64,000 nucleotides of DNA from Promethearchaeota archaeon (GTDB lineage Archaea; Asgardarchaeota; Lokiarchaeia; Sigyniarchaeales; SOKP01): contig JAHPZJ010000008.1 in the NCBI GenBank assembly GCA_019058245.1, positions 1 through 64,000 on the forward strand, in the 5' to 3' direction. Shown here piece by piece: positions 50,795-60,082 of the stretch. Below the pieces are notes generated by a model. It had not been told where the DNA came from. It worked only from the letters and a program-made list of their open reading frames with translations, and ran no database searches. The stretch's first letter is position 1. Each line of letters starts with the position of its first letter. The translations under genes and the position numbers were made by a program.

Positions 50795-51610
50795 TCACTT
50801 CCTATACTTTTTTTCTTTCTTTTTATGAGTTTCACCATTTGGACCATTTTCGCGCCAGGATAATAAGTCCTCAATATGAGTTGCACCCATAATTTTAAGA
50901 TATGCGTCTTCTAAGTCTTTTGCATTTTGAGATTCTATAATTTCTTTAGGGCTACCTTGTAATTTCAATTCTCCTTTATCAATAATTCCAATAATATCAC
51001 AGAGTTCTTCAGCCGCATCAAGCAGATGAGTACATATAAAAATTGTCTTATCAGCTTTCTTGACTAAATCAGAAATGAGGTCCTTGACCATTCTTGCTGC
51101 TGCAGGATCCAGATTTGACGTAGGCTCATCTAAAAAAATAATCTTGGGATCCTGAATTAACGCTGCACATAAACATACTTTTTGCTTCATACCGCGGGAA
51201 TATCCCTCAAGCAAGTCGTTTTCTCGTCCCTCAAGATCAAATATTTCAAGAAGTTCATCAATACGAGTAGATATGGTGACTTTTGGTAAATAATAAAGCT
51301 CACCAATGAATTCCAAGAACTCTTTAGCCGTTAATTTTGCGTATAATCCAGGAGATTCTGGTAAAAATCCGCAAATCATCTTTGCATCATTGGCTTGGGT
51401 GAGAATATTATACCCCCCTACTAAGGCAGTACCACTTGTAGGAGTAATAATGGCATTTAACATCCTAACGGTTGTCGTTTTGCCTGCTCCATTTGGTCCT
51501 AATAGCCCATAGGTAGTACCATATGCGATTTCAATATTTAAGTTCTGCACAGCTCTAATATTACCAAAAATCTTTGTGAGATCTCTGGTAGCTATTGCCA
51601 ATTTTTCCAT
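50795..51610 (-). CDS. ABC transporter ATP-binding protein
   Basis: GPNGAGKTT, YSRGMKQK, FLDEPT, CTH. Confidence 0.95.
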   Translation of the reverse strand: MEKLAIATRDLTKIFGNIRAVQNLNIEIAYGTTYGLLGPNGAGKTTTVRMLNAIITPTSGTALVGGYNILTQANDAKMICGFLPESPGLYAKLTAKEFLEFIGELYYLPKVTISTRIDELLEIFDLEGRENDLLEGYSRGMKQKVCLCAALIQDPKIIFLDEPTSNLDPAAARMVKDLISDLVKKADKTIFICTHLLDAAEELCDIIGIIDKGELKLQGSPKEIIESQNAKDLEDAYLKIMGATHIEDLLSWRENGPNGETHKKKEKKYRK

Positions 51611-51676
51611 TTTGTATTTTTACACTTCCAAAATTTTTATTTTAATTATTTAATTTTTATTATTTTTTTTTTTATT

Positions 51677-52096
51677 TTAATCTTCAGCTTCTTTTTCGAA
51701 TAAATCCTCAAATTCCTTTCTTAATTCTTTAGCAATTTTGACTAATAATTTTTCGTCATAACTTGAATTTAACTGTTCATCATCTATTTCACTCAATGAA
51801 GCTAGCTTTTCGAAGCCAATATTAGCCACTTCAGCAATTTCTTTTAATTCTGCTAATGATTTACCCTCTAAGATATCTTTAATTATTGGTTCTTGATAAA
51901 ATATATTTTCTAGTGATTTTTGAAAAATTTCAGTCAATTTAAAGGATAACGTTAATGATGGGTTATAATCCCCTTTCTCCAAATAATAGATCGTTTGACG
52001 AGAAACACCTACTTCATCAGCTAATTGTTGCTGCGTTAAGCCAAGTTCTTCTCTGAAATCTTTAACTCTTGACTTAATTGATTTTTTAAATTTCAA
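51677..52096 (-). CDS. XRE/HTH_3 transcriptional regulator with degenerate second HTH
   Basis: LTQQQLADEVGVSRQTIYYLEKGDYNPSL; second half repeats the helical pattern. Confidence 0.9.
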   Translation of the reverse strand: MKFKKSIKSRVKDFREELGLTQQQLADEVGVSRQTIYYLEKGDYNPSLTLSFKLTEIFQKSLENIFYQEPIIKDILEGKSLAELKEIAEVANIGFEKLASLSEIDDEQLNSSYDEKLLVKIAKELRKEFEDLFEKEAED

Positions 52097-52168
52097 GTAT
52101 TTCTCACCACTCTTTTACTTTTTTTGGAGTTAAAATAATCACAATAATAATAAAAAAAATATTGAATT

Positions 52169-52996
52169 TTATACCAATTTAAACAAATCTTCTATTTTAC
52201 ACTGAAGTACTTCCGCAATTCTATACGCTAATGCTAAACTAGGATTATACCGCCCTTCTTCTAAGAAATTTATAGTTTGAACTGGAACACCAACCTTTTC
52301 AGCTAAAGCTGCAACAGAGATATTAATATCTTCTCTTTTTTCTTTAATAGTTGTTTTTAAATGCTCTCCTTCTCGCATTTTCGAAAGGACATAACTAATA
52401 AAGTTGTCAAATGCAAGTTCTTCCGGTTTGAAAATTTTATCTTCTAATCCACTTGGTATTGCCGAATATTTAATTATTCTTTCCTTTATTTTTTCCTCAA
52501 TAATAGTAGGGTTCAATAAGCCAGGAATATAACCTTCTGGACGGGCAATACCATGTTGTGCACTCGCAGCTGCTGCACTAGATCCTGCTGTTTCAATCTT
52601 CACTGTAAATGTTTTAAACATCCTGTCAAAAACTCCGTTAGTGATATTTATATTTTGAATTCTACTAAAAGGAATAGTCGCTCGAGTTCTGTTAAAAACT
52701 CCGTGATGAATTACTATATCATTTTCTAATATTCCAAAGGAAAACATCCTTACATATCGATAAGAATACCAGATTATTGATAATAAAACTACGAAAAATG
52801 GAATCACCACCGAATAAAAAAGTATCCATATCATCCATTCGAATAGGAATTCTGGTTCAAAATAGTACACTAACCACAATGTCAAGACCATCCACGATGT
52901 GTAAAATAAAAGATAACCAATAATAGTCTTAAAGATCTGCTTTTTCGCATAATTTCGAGAAATCGTTCCTTCATATATTTGATTTTTTTCGCTCAT
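52169..52996 (-). CDS. Two-TM + bacterial PH domain (YdbS-like) fused to an XRE HTH
   Basis: HGVFNRTRATIPFSRIQNINI...IETAG; C-terminal ALAEKVGVPVQTINFLEEGRYNPSL. Confidence 0.85.
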   Translation of the reverse strand: MSEKNQIYEGTISRNYAKKQIFKTIIGYLLFYTSWMVLTLWLVYYFEPEFLFEWMIWILFYSVVIPFFVVLLSIIWYSYRYVRMFSFGILENDIVIHHGVFNRTRATIPFSRIQNINITNGVFDRMFKTFTVKIETAGSSAAAASAQHGIARPEGYIPGLLNPTIIEEKIKERIIKYSAIPSGLEDKIFKPEELAFDNFISYVLSKMREGEHLKTTIKEKREDINISVAALAEKVGVPVQTINFLEEGRYNPSLALAYRIAEVLQCKIEDLFKLV

Positions 52997-53188
52997 TTTT
53001 TTCCTCCATTTTTTTTTAATTTTTTATTTATGTAAACTTTAATTATACTAGGATATTGTTATTATAAATCCTACAACATTAATTTTTAAAAAAATATTTC
53101 CTATGTAATATTTATTGATGTTGATATTTAAATGTTTCTATCCTGATCTGAGTTCAAGGATTAGAAAGGCTAAAATCATAATTTGACT

Positions 53189-53210
53189 GATGTAAAGTAT
53201 AATTTACATC
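53189..53210. promoter_or_regulatory. Palindromic operator candidate GATGTAAA-N6-TTTACATC
   Basis: Perfect 8-bp inverted repeat in the divergent intergenic region upstream of the XRE/ABC operon. Confidence 0.55.
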
Positions 53211-53330
53211 CCTATTAATATCAATATTTTGCTATAAACTATATTTTTATATGTTTTTATTTGTGTTCATTTTTAATGTTGCTTTCCTATTTTTTTTTTT
53301 ATTTAAATATATTTATTCTCAATAGATATT

Positions 53331-53762
53331 GTGTCAGTACAAGGAGATAAAATTGAAAAAACAAACACAGATCTTAGGAAATTTTTGCCATTAGTACTCA
53401 CTAGGTTTGGTACTAGTATTTTTAATCCCGAACTTATCTATCAATCCTTACTAAAAGAAACCAAAATATCAAAAAATGATGCTCATAAGATAATGGAACA
53501 CGTAATTCGATTTTTAATCTCTGCGAACTTGAAAATTATCACCGCTCCATTAATCAGGGAAGTAGTTAACGTACATCTCTTAAAAAACGGATTCGAAAGA
53601 GAAAGATTGCAATATACTCGAATTGGATTACCTTATTTTGACTTGAACGAGATTTTTACCAATACTGAAAATCTTCAAAACTGTGAAGACGTCGTTTCAA
53701 AAATTCTTAACTGGGTTATTGAGGAGTATTATGCTGTAGACAAGTTAATCGAGGAACGATAA
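53331..53762 (+). CDS. Stand-alone ATP-cone-domain protein (NrdD N-terminus-like)
   Basis: FNPELIYQSLLKET...ITAPLIREVVNVHLL..G.ER...YTRIGLP resembles the archaeal NrdD ATP cone. Confidence 0.75.
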   Translation: MSVQGDKIEKTNTDLRKFLPLVLTRFGTSIFNPELIYQSLLKETKISKNDAHKIMEHVIRFLISANLKIITAPLIREVVNVHLLKNGFERERLQYTRIGLPYFDLNEIFTNTENLQNCEDVVSKILNWVIEEYYAVDKLIEER

Positions 53763-53818
53763 TTTTGATTCCTACCTTTTTTTATTATAATAGGTATTTA
53801 TATACGATTAATAAATGC

Positions 53819-55087
53819 TTATAATAATAGAGCCCTAAAGAATTTTGGACTTAGTGTTATTTTTGAAAGGGTAGGAAGTTTACCAAACCATTTTTCTCCA
53901 ACATATCTATCATTACTGGTATTATGAGTTGATAAATCGTGATTGATATATGCTTCATAAATGTATTGTCTTGCTAACTTATTTTCTTTAAGAAGTTCTG
54001 TATATAATCTCCATAATGTCTTTACATGAGAGCCTTCATTATAAATCAAGTACTCAAGGGCATTTCCATTTTTATAATATGTCAAAAGAACACGTCTTAC
54101 TTCTTCATCATACTTATGTAATTCAGAGTTGGTAAAGTTACTATCCTTTTCAAGTAAGGGTATTAGAGTCTTAGTTGCTATATCTGCACATGCTACACCT
54201 GATAATAATCCTTCGTAAAAAAAGGCAGTGACTAATCCTGCTGCTTCACCAAGAACGAGAACTCGGTCTTTAGTGAAACTTTTAATAGGGTGTTTGGATA
54301 TATCTCCCACTACTGCAGTCGATAAATCATATTTCAATCCATTCAAAACAGGTTGGATTGGTTTATAATTATTTAAAATTCTCTCGAGTTTAGAAAGGAT
54401 ACTTTCTTTAGTTTCACCCTTCTGACCTAAATATCCAGTAGAAATACGCTCCACTCCCTTGTTAAAGAAGAAAGGACCATCACGCGAAATTTTAGGATTA
54501 ATATGAAAGGTATAATCATACTCTAAATTTTCATTGATTTTATCCTCATCACCAAATAAATGGAGAAAAGTCCCTATGTAATGATCTGGAATTTCAAATC
54601 CTAAAGATCTTTGTAAATCAAAACCACGTGAGCCAGTTGCTAAAGCTAGGACTTTAGTTGTATATAATTCTCCCTTATCATTTATTATTTCTAAGTGATC
54701 AGTGTGCCTATTAATTTTAGAGATTTTTTCATTTGCTTTAAATTCACCTCCCTGTTCTTCAAGTTGATTAATCAGTACCTCTATAATATTTTCTGTATAG
54801 CAAATATTTCCTAGAGGAATTCCAAATTCTTTAGAATCAATAACACCATTGAACTCATCACTCATATAATTAGATTTAATGTGGAGACTTGGAAAGATTT
54901 TTTTATTATTCCAATCAATTTCATCTTTAATAAAGGGTCTATTATGTTCAGGAAAAATATTCGTTTTTATTGGAATTTCTTTATGGTAATCTTGAGTTTC
55001 AATTAGAAGCGTTTTAGCGTATTTTGAGATTTTGGATGCAAATGTTGCACCTGCAATTCCCGCACCAATAATAATTACATCATACAT
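53819..55087 (-). CDS. FAD-dependent oxidoreductase, geranylgeranyl-reductase-like (divergent)
   Basis: YDVIIIGAGIAG, ATG, LVLGEAAGLVTAFFYEG. Confidence 0.8.
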   Translation of the reverse strand: MYDVIIIGAGIAGATFASKISKYAKTLLIETQDYHKEIPIKTNIFPEHNRPFIKDEIDWNNKKIFPSLHIKSNYMSDEFNGVIDSKEFGIPLGNICYTENIIEVLINQLEEQGGEFKANEKISKINRHTDHLEIINDKGELYTTKVLALATGSRGFDLQRSLGFEIPDHYIGTFLHLFGDEDKINENLEYDYTFHINPKISRDGPFFFNKGVERISTGYLGQKGETKESILSKLERILNNYKPIQPVLNGLKYDLSTAVVGDISKHPIKSFTKDRVLVLGEAAGLVTAFFYEGLLSGVACADIATKTLIPLLEKDSNFTNSELHKYDEEVRRVLLTYYKNGNALEYLIYNEGSHVKTLWRLYTELLKENKLARQYIYEAYINHDLSTHNTSNDRYVGEKWFGKLPTLSKITLSPKFFRALLL

Positions 55088-55254
55088 AGAAAATTACTCT
55101 TCTCAAATGAATTAGAATAATTTGTTATAATTATCCTATTGATTTTAAATTTTAGTTAGAAAGTTTTTATAGGTGTGTATTCGTAGATATCATGAATAAA
55201 AATTTTTATAATTTAAACAAAAAAAAAATTTAAATATAATAAAGGTGGTAAATT

Positions 55255-56961
55255 ATAGGATTAAAATTAGCTTCGGGGCTTGCAATAACCTCTTTATTTG
55301 CCTTGATGTATGCTGTAATTTTCGTAGTAGGTGTTTGGTTCTTACCCTCGACCATATTTGGCTTACTCTTTATGGTGGGACTTACAATTCTAATTGTATT
55401 ATTTCAGTATGGAATATCTCCACTGTTAATTGGTTGGCTTTACAGAATAGATTGGATACCCTATGAGCAATTTGTAAGGCAATTTCCACATTTAGCAGAG
55501 TCACTCGAAAAAGTAGTTGCTTATAACCGAATTAAGATGCCAAGGCTCGGGATAATTCATGATCTCAATCCAAATGCTTTTACATATGGATGGACTAAAA
55601 ATTCAGCAAGAGTTGTTCTTACGGATGGGATTTTAAAATATTTAAACAAAAAAGAGCAAAATGCTGTGTTTTCACATGAGTTAGGGCATGTGGTTCACTC
55701 AGATTTCATTTTAATGACGGTAGTATTTGCAATTCCACTACTCTTATTAAGTGTCGCTCGATGGGCATATTATGCCAGCTTTTTTTCAAGGGGTAGTTCA
55801 AGAGATGATGAGGGTGCTTTACTTGGTATTGCTCTAATCGCTATAGCTGTATTATCTTACTTAAGTTATTACATAAGTTATTTGATATCACTTATAATAA
55901 GCAGAATTAGGGAATATTACGCGGATGAACATAGTGCAGAGGTTTTAGAGGATCCAAATGCATTAGCAACTGGACTTGTTAAGATAGCATATGGTTTATT
56001 GGTTGATGGTAATATTGAAGAAAGAAAGAAATCCCGTGTACTAGCACTGAGAGGATTAGGAATCTTTGATCATAGAGCGGCAAAAGGCTTGGGTATTATT
56101 AGTGTGGGTCAAACAGGAGTTCTTTCAATGGAAGCTATACAAAAAGCTGCCGCTTGGGATTTATATAATCCTTGGGCTAGATATTATCAAGTTTTCTCCA
56201 CTCATCCATTACCTGCAAAAAGAATAATGCGATTAAATATGTTATGCGAAATTTATGGTATTAAACCTGAAATTGATTTCTCTGATGCAAAAAGACTAAA
56301 AGAAGAACAAGCAGGAAAATCATTATGGGATGAATTTCTATGGGATGTCTTTATAAAAGCGCTCCCTACACTGGTTTTCATTGCTTTACTTGGTTTAACA
56401 ATAGTATGGATATTTGATCTAGTTTTTGATGCTTTCAATGTAGCTTTTCTGGCGCCCGTTTATGCAAACATGTGGCTCGTATGGGCAATCGGTTTTTATA
56501 TTATAGGAATTATGACAATTATCAAAACAGGATACATGTATAAAGGTGGTTTCGAAGATAAAACAGTACTGGACTTAGTTACTAACGTGAAAGTATCCCC
56601 TATAAGAACTATTCCAGCATTTCTGGAGGGAAAAATTGTTGGGAGAGGAATTCCGGGGTATTACTTCAGTGAGGATATGTACTTCCAAGATAACACAGGA
56701 TTGATGTATGTAGATTATCGATTTGGAATTGGAATAGCAGATCTTATATTCGCCCTTAGGACTGTTAATAAATTAATCGGTCAAAGGGTTAGAATTAAGG
56801 GATGGTATCGAAGAGGTCCAAGTCCTTATATTCAGGTAAATACTATATGGTCTGAATCAGGAACTCGACATAAAAATTATGCAAAGTCATTTAGGTACTT
56901 TTGGACAGTTCTAGCTTTTATCCTTGGCATAGGGTGTTTATATTTTTACTTTATGGGTTAA
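55255..56961 (+). CDS. M48/HtpX membrane zinc protease with C-terminal TM + OB-like extension
   Basis: PNAF, HELGH, SRIREYYAD, FSTHP; frame is open back to ATA 55255 behind AGGTGG (track start 55303). Confidence 0.88.
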   Translation: MGLKLASGLAITSLFALMYAVIFVVGVWFLPSTIFGLLFMVGLTILIVLFQYGISPLLIGWLYRIDWIPYEQFVRQFPHLAESLEKVVAYNRIKMPRLGIIHDLNPNAFTYGWTKNSARVVLTDGILKYLNKKEQNAVFSHELGHVVHSDFILMTVVFAIPLLLLSVARWAYYASFFSRGSSRDDEGALLGIALIAIAVLSYLSYYISYLISLIISRIREYYADEHSAEVLEDPNALATGLVKIAYGLLVDGNIEERKKSRVLALRGLGIFDHRAAKGLGIISVGQTGVLSMEAIQKAAAWDLYNPWARYYQVFSTHPLPAKRIMRLNMLCEIYGIKPEIDFSDAKRLKEEQAGKSLWDEFLWDVFIKALPTLVFIALLGLTIVWIFDLVFDAFNVAFLAPVYANMWLVWAIGFYIIGIMTIIKTGYMYKGGFEDKTVLDLVTNVKVSPIRTIPAFLEGKIVGRGIPGYYFSEDMYFQDNTGLMYVDYRFGIGIADLIFALRTVNKLIGQRVRIKGWYRRGPSPYIQVNTIWSESGTRHKNYAKSFRYFWTVLAFILGIGCLYFYFMG

Positions 56962-56998
56962 AATCGCATTTTTTTTTTACTTTTTTTTTTTTATTATG

Positions 56999-57757
56999 TT
57001 AAATTATATTAGTAAGTTTATTAGCTACTTTTCTTAAATTTATTTCTGCCAATCCTAATTGCACGTTGTTGTCATAGAGAGCAACAAACAAAAGGGGGTC
57101 TAATTTCCACGGAATATCTATTATTTTTGAAAATACTTTTTGTCCATTCTCTAATCCATAATACATTTCAGGAAAATATAAATCGTCTACCATATACCTG
57201 ATTTCCAATTCTTTTAAAGATTTAACTAAGATTTCATGTGGAAGAGAAGTATAAATTACATTTCCTTTTGTGGTTAGAAGAGCAACACCAACAACTTCAT
57301 CATTATACAATAATTCTTCAAATAATTTAATAGCTTTTTGATAGAAAGTTTTGCTCATATGTATTTCATCTTCTCCTTTAATTATCGAATCAATTAGTTC
57401 ATCTAGTTTTTGATTCTCAATCTGTTGGTAATCTTTTATTTTACTAATATCGGGATATTCAGCTATAAAAACTTCAGCTATTTTTTCCAGACGAGTAGAG
57501 ACAAATAAGATACTCGCTGTAGAATCAGATAAGAGAGAGAAAATAAGATCATTTTGAACCTTAAAAACAAATCTTAATTCCCTCATTTCAAGGACTTCAG
57601 GAGTTTTACGTGATATTACATTCTCTGAAAAAGAAAAAATTGCTGAAAAGAAAGGAGTAATTAAGTTAACTTCAATATTATCAAAATCTTTTGTAAAATT
57701 TTTATGGAAGATACATATTCCTGTTTTTTTGAGAATAAAAAGAGAATGAATTTTCAT
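56999..57757 (-). CDS. Longin + roadblock/profilin-like fusion protein
   Basis: MKIHSLFILKKTGICIFHKNF...LITPFFSAIFSF longin; VVGVALLTTKGNVIYTSLP second domain. Confidence 0.7.
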   Translation of the reverse strand: MKIHSLFILKKTGICIFHKNFTKDFDNIEVNLITPFFSAIFSFSENVISRKTPEVLEMRELRFVFKVQNDLIFSLLSDSTASILFVSTRLEKIAEVFIAEYPDISKIKDYQQIENQKLDELIDSIIKGEDEIHMSKTFYQKAIKLFEELLYNDEVVGVALLTTKGNVIYTSLPHEILVKSLKELEIRYMVDDLYFPEMYYGLENGQKVFSKIIDIPWKLDPLLFVALYDNNVQLGLAEINLRKVANKLTNII

Positions 57758-58104
57758 TGCGAGTTACCTAAAATATCGTATAAGGTTTTTATATAAATAC
57801 AGTCTTTTAAGTATTTTTAATATAGATTCTATTAAAACTCATATTAATGAATAGAGTTAAATTTTTTTTAATTTTAGGTGCAATTTATTTCCATGATACT
57901 ATTCTTTTATTATAGGATTTTTGTAATCAATATTCTAAATATAATTAAATCATTTATGTTATTTTAAAAAATCCGTTCTAATATCTTGGGTTTTTTTTTA
58001 AATCCAGATATTTAAATAAAAATTCTAATAATTTTAATTTAGGGAAAAAGTTGAAGGTTTATTATTAATTTTCAAAGAATTCTTTAAAACGAGTTAACAT
58101 TAAA

Positions 58105-58506
58105 ATGTGTGAAGAAGAAATGGAGAAGATAAGAATTAAAAAAGAAGATATGTTACCAAAGCTTCAGAGAATGCCTGGAAAAATAGTTGAAATTGATTAT
58201 GATCATGATCTAAATGTATTAGTTAAGGAGTATCATGAAAAAATTGTAGTTATTGATTTTTGGGCTAATTGGTGTATCCCATGCAAGTCATATGCTCAAA
58301 TTTTTAAAAAAGCTTTCAAAGAATATTCAGATGATTTTGTTTTTATAAAAGTGAATGTAGATAAAACACCAAATATTGCCCAGTATTATGGAATTACTTC
58401 AATTCCTACAACTGCTTTAATAAAAGAAGGAGAAATCTTGCGAAAATTTGTAGGAGTTGTAGATTATGAAGTATTAAAGCAAATTCTTGAGAGATTTAGA
58501 CAATAG
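58105..58506 (+). CDS. Thioredoxin
   Basis: DFWANWCIPCK, KVNVD, SIPT. Confidence 0.92.
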   Translation: MCEEEMEKIRIKKEDMLPKLQRMPGKIVEIDYDHDLNVLVKEYHEKIVVIDFWANWCIPCKSYAQIFKKAFKEYSDDFVFIKVNVDKTPNIAQYYGITSIPTTALIKEGEILRKFVGVVDYEVLKQILERFRQ

Positions 58507-58684
58507 AACAGTGTATCTGTTTAAAAGAATTAGTTTTCTTAAACTCTGTACTAACGACTTTTCCATTAATAACTTTATATACTCCATCAGGGCATATATT
58601 TTGGCAATGTCCAGATCTCATACATCGATCTATATCGATCTCTACCCAATGATTATCTTCTTTCCACTTCTTAATGTTTGTCAT
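58496..58684 (-). pseudogene. Truncated or degenerate 4Fe-4S ferredoxin
   Basis: IDIDRCMRSGHCQNICPDGVY first motif present; second cluster motif absent; end overlaps the thioredoxin stop. Confidence 0.55.
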
Positions 58685-58786
58685 AAATAAATATTACATC
58701 TAATTTCCCTATTATGTAAAAAAATCTATATTATTTATAATGGTAAGAATAAATAATTTTCTAGTATTTTCTAGTTTGTGATATGA

Positions 58787-59914
58787 ATGGAATTAATGAA
58801 TCTTTTTAGCCCTGAAAAAATAGCAAATGTTCAAATAAAAAATAGAATTGTGCGCTCCGCCACGTTCATGGCAAGTTCAGAAAAATATGGTTATGTTGGA
58901 CAGGATCTTATCAATATTAACAGTAAATTAGCAAGTGGGGGTACAGGTTTAATAATATCTGGTTATACAGCTGTAGATCCGGGTGGTACTGCGAGTCCAT
59001 ATCAGGAATGCTTATATGATGACTCTTTTATCTCAGGTCAAAAGAAATTGGTGAAAGCAGTTCATGAATACTCAGACGTAAAATTTGCACTTCAAATTGC
59101 CCATACAGGTCGTTTAGGTTATCATCCTAAATATCCAGCAGTAGCACCATCACCTATCCCCGTAAAGGAAACAGGTATAACACCACGAGAATTAACATCT
59201 GAAGAAATTAAAGAACTAATAAAGAAATTTATAGAGGCTGGAATTAGAGGGTATGAATGTGGCTATGATGTGGTTCAGTTACATGCCGCTCATGGATACT
59301 TTTTGAGTAATTTTATTTCACCATATACAAATAAGAGAACTGATGAATTCGGTGGAAATATTGAAAATAGAGCTAGAATTATAATTAATATATATAATGG
59401 TTTAAGAGATGAATTAGGTAAGAAATTTCCTATAATGATTAAACTCCAGATTGATGATTTTATCCCAGATGGGCTTCAATTTGAAGAAGGGATTAAATTT
59501 GCTGAATTATTCTCTGAAATTGGTTTTGATGCTATTGAACCAAGTGGAGGTAGTGAAGAAACAAGAGTGCTAACAAAAAAATCATATCCCTGTCTAATTA
59601 TTAAATCTTCTGATGATGAGAACTACTTTTTACCTTACGCCAAAAAAATAAAACCATTAATGAAGAATTGTAAATTAATTTTAGTAGGTGGTATTAGAGA
59701 TCCATTACAAGCTGAAAAAATCATTCAAGATAAAAATGCAGATTTTATTTCCTTATGTAGACCTTTAATATATGAACCAAATCTTCCAAATCGTTGGAAA
59801 GAAGGAGATCTTTCGCCAGCAAAATGCATTAGTTGCAATAATTGTTTTCCAAGATTTAGAGATGATGCAGTTTGTTGCGTAACTAAAAATCAGTTAGAAA
59901 AAAAAAAAAATTAA
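58787..59914 (+). CDS. NADH:flavin oxidoreductase (Old Yellow Enzyme family), copy 1
   Basis: KNRIVRSAT, QLHAAHGYF, NKRTDEFGG, LVGGIR, CISCNNC. Confidence 0.93.
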   Translation: MELMNLFSPEKIANVQIKNRIVRSATFMASSEKYGYVGQDLININSKLASGGTGLIISGYTAVDPGGTASPYQECLYDDSFISGQKKLVKAVHEYSDVKFALQIAHTGRLGYHPKYPAVAPSPIPVKETGITPRELTSEEIKELIKKFIEAGIRGYECGYDVVQLHAAHGYFLSNFISPYTNKRTDEFGGNIENRARIIINIYNGLRDELGKKFPIMIKLQIDDFIPDGLQFEEGIKFAELFSEIGFDAIEPSGGSEETRVLTKKSYPCLIIKSSDDENYFLPYAKKIKPLMKNCKLILVGGIRDPLQAEKIIQDKNADFISLCRPLIYEPNLPNRWKEGDLSPAKCISCNNCFPRFRDDAVCCVTKNQLEKKKN

Positions 59915-60082
59915 TATAATTGTTAGGAAATACTATAGATCCTTAAGGTTCTGTGTATGGAATGGTGTTATCATTATGAATCTCAATATCCCATCTTTTT
60001 ATTTTATTCATTAATATCCCTTCATTTTAGTAAAAAAAGCATATAATTTATTTTTATAAAAAAATTATCAAAAACGATTAAA

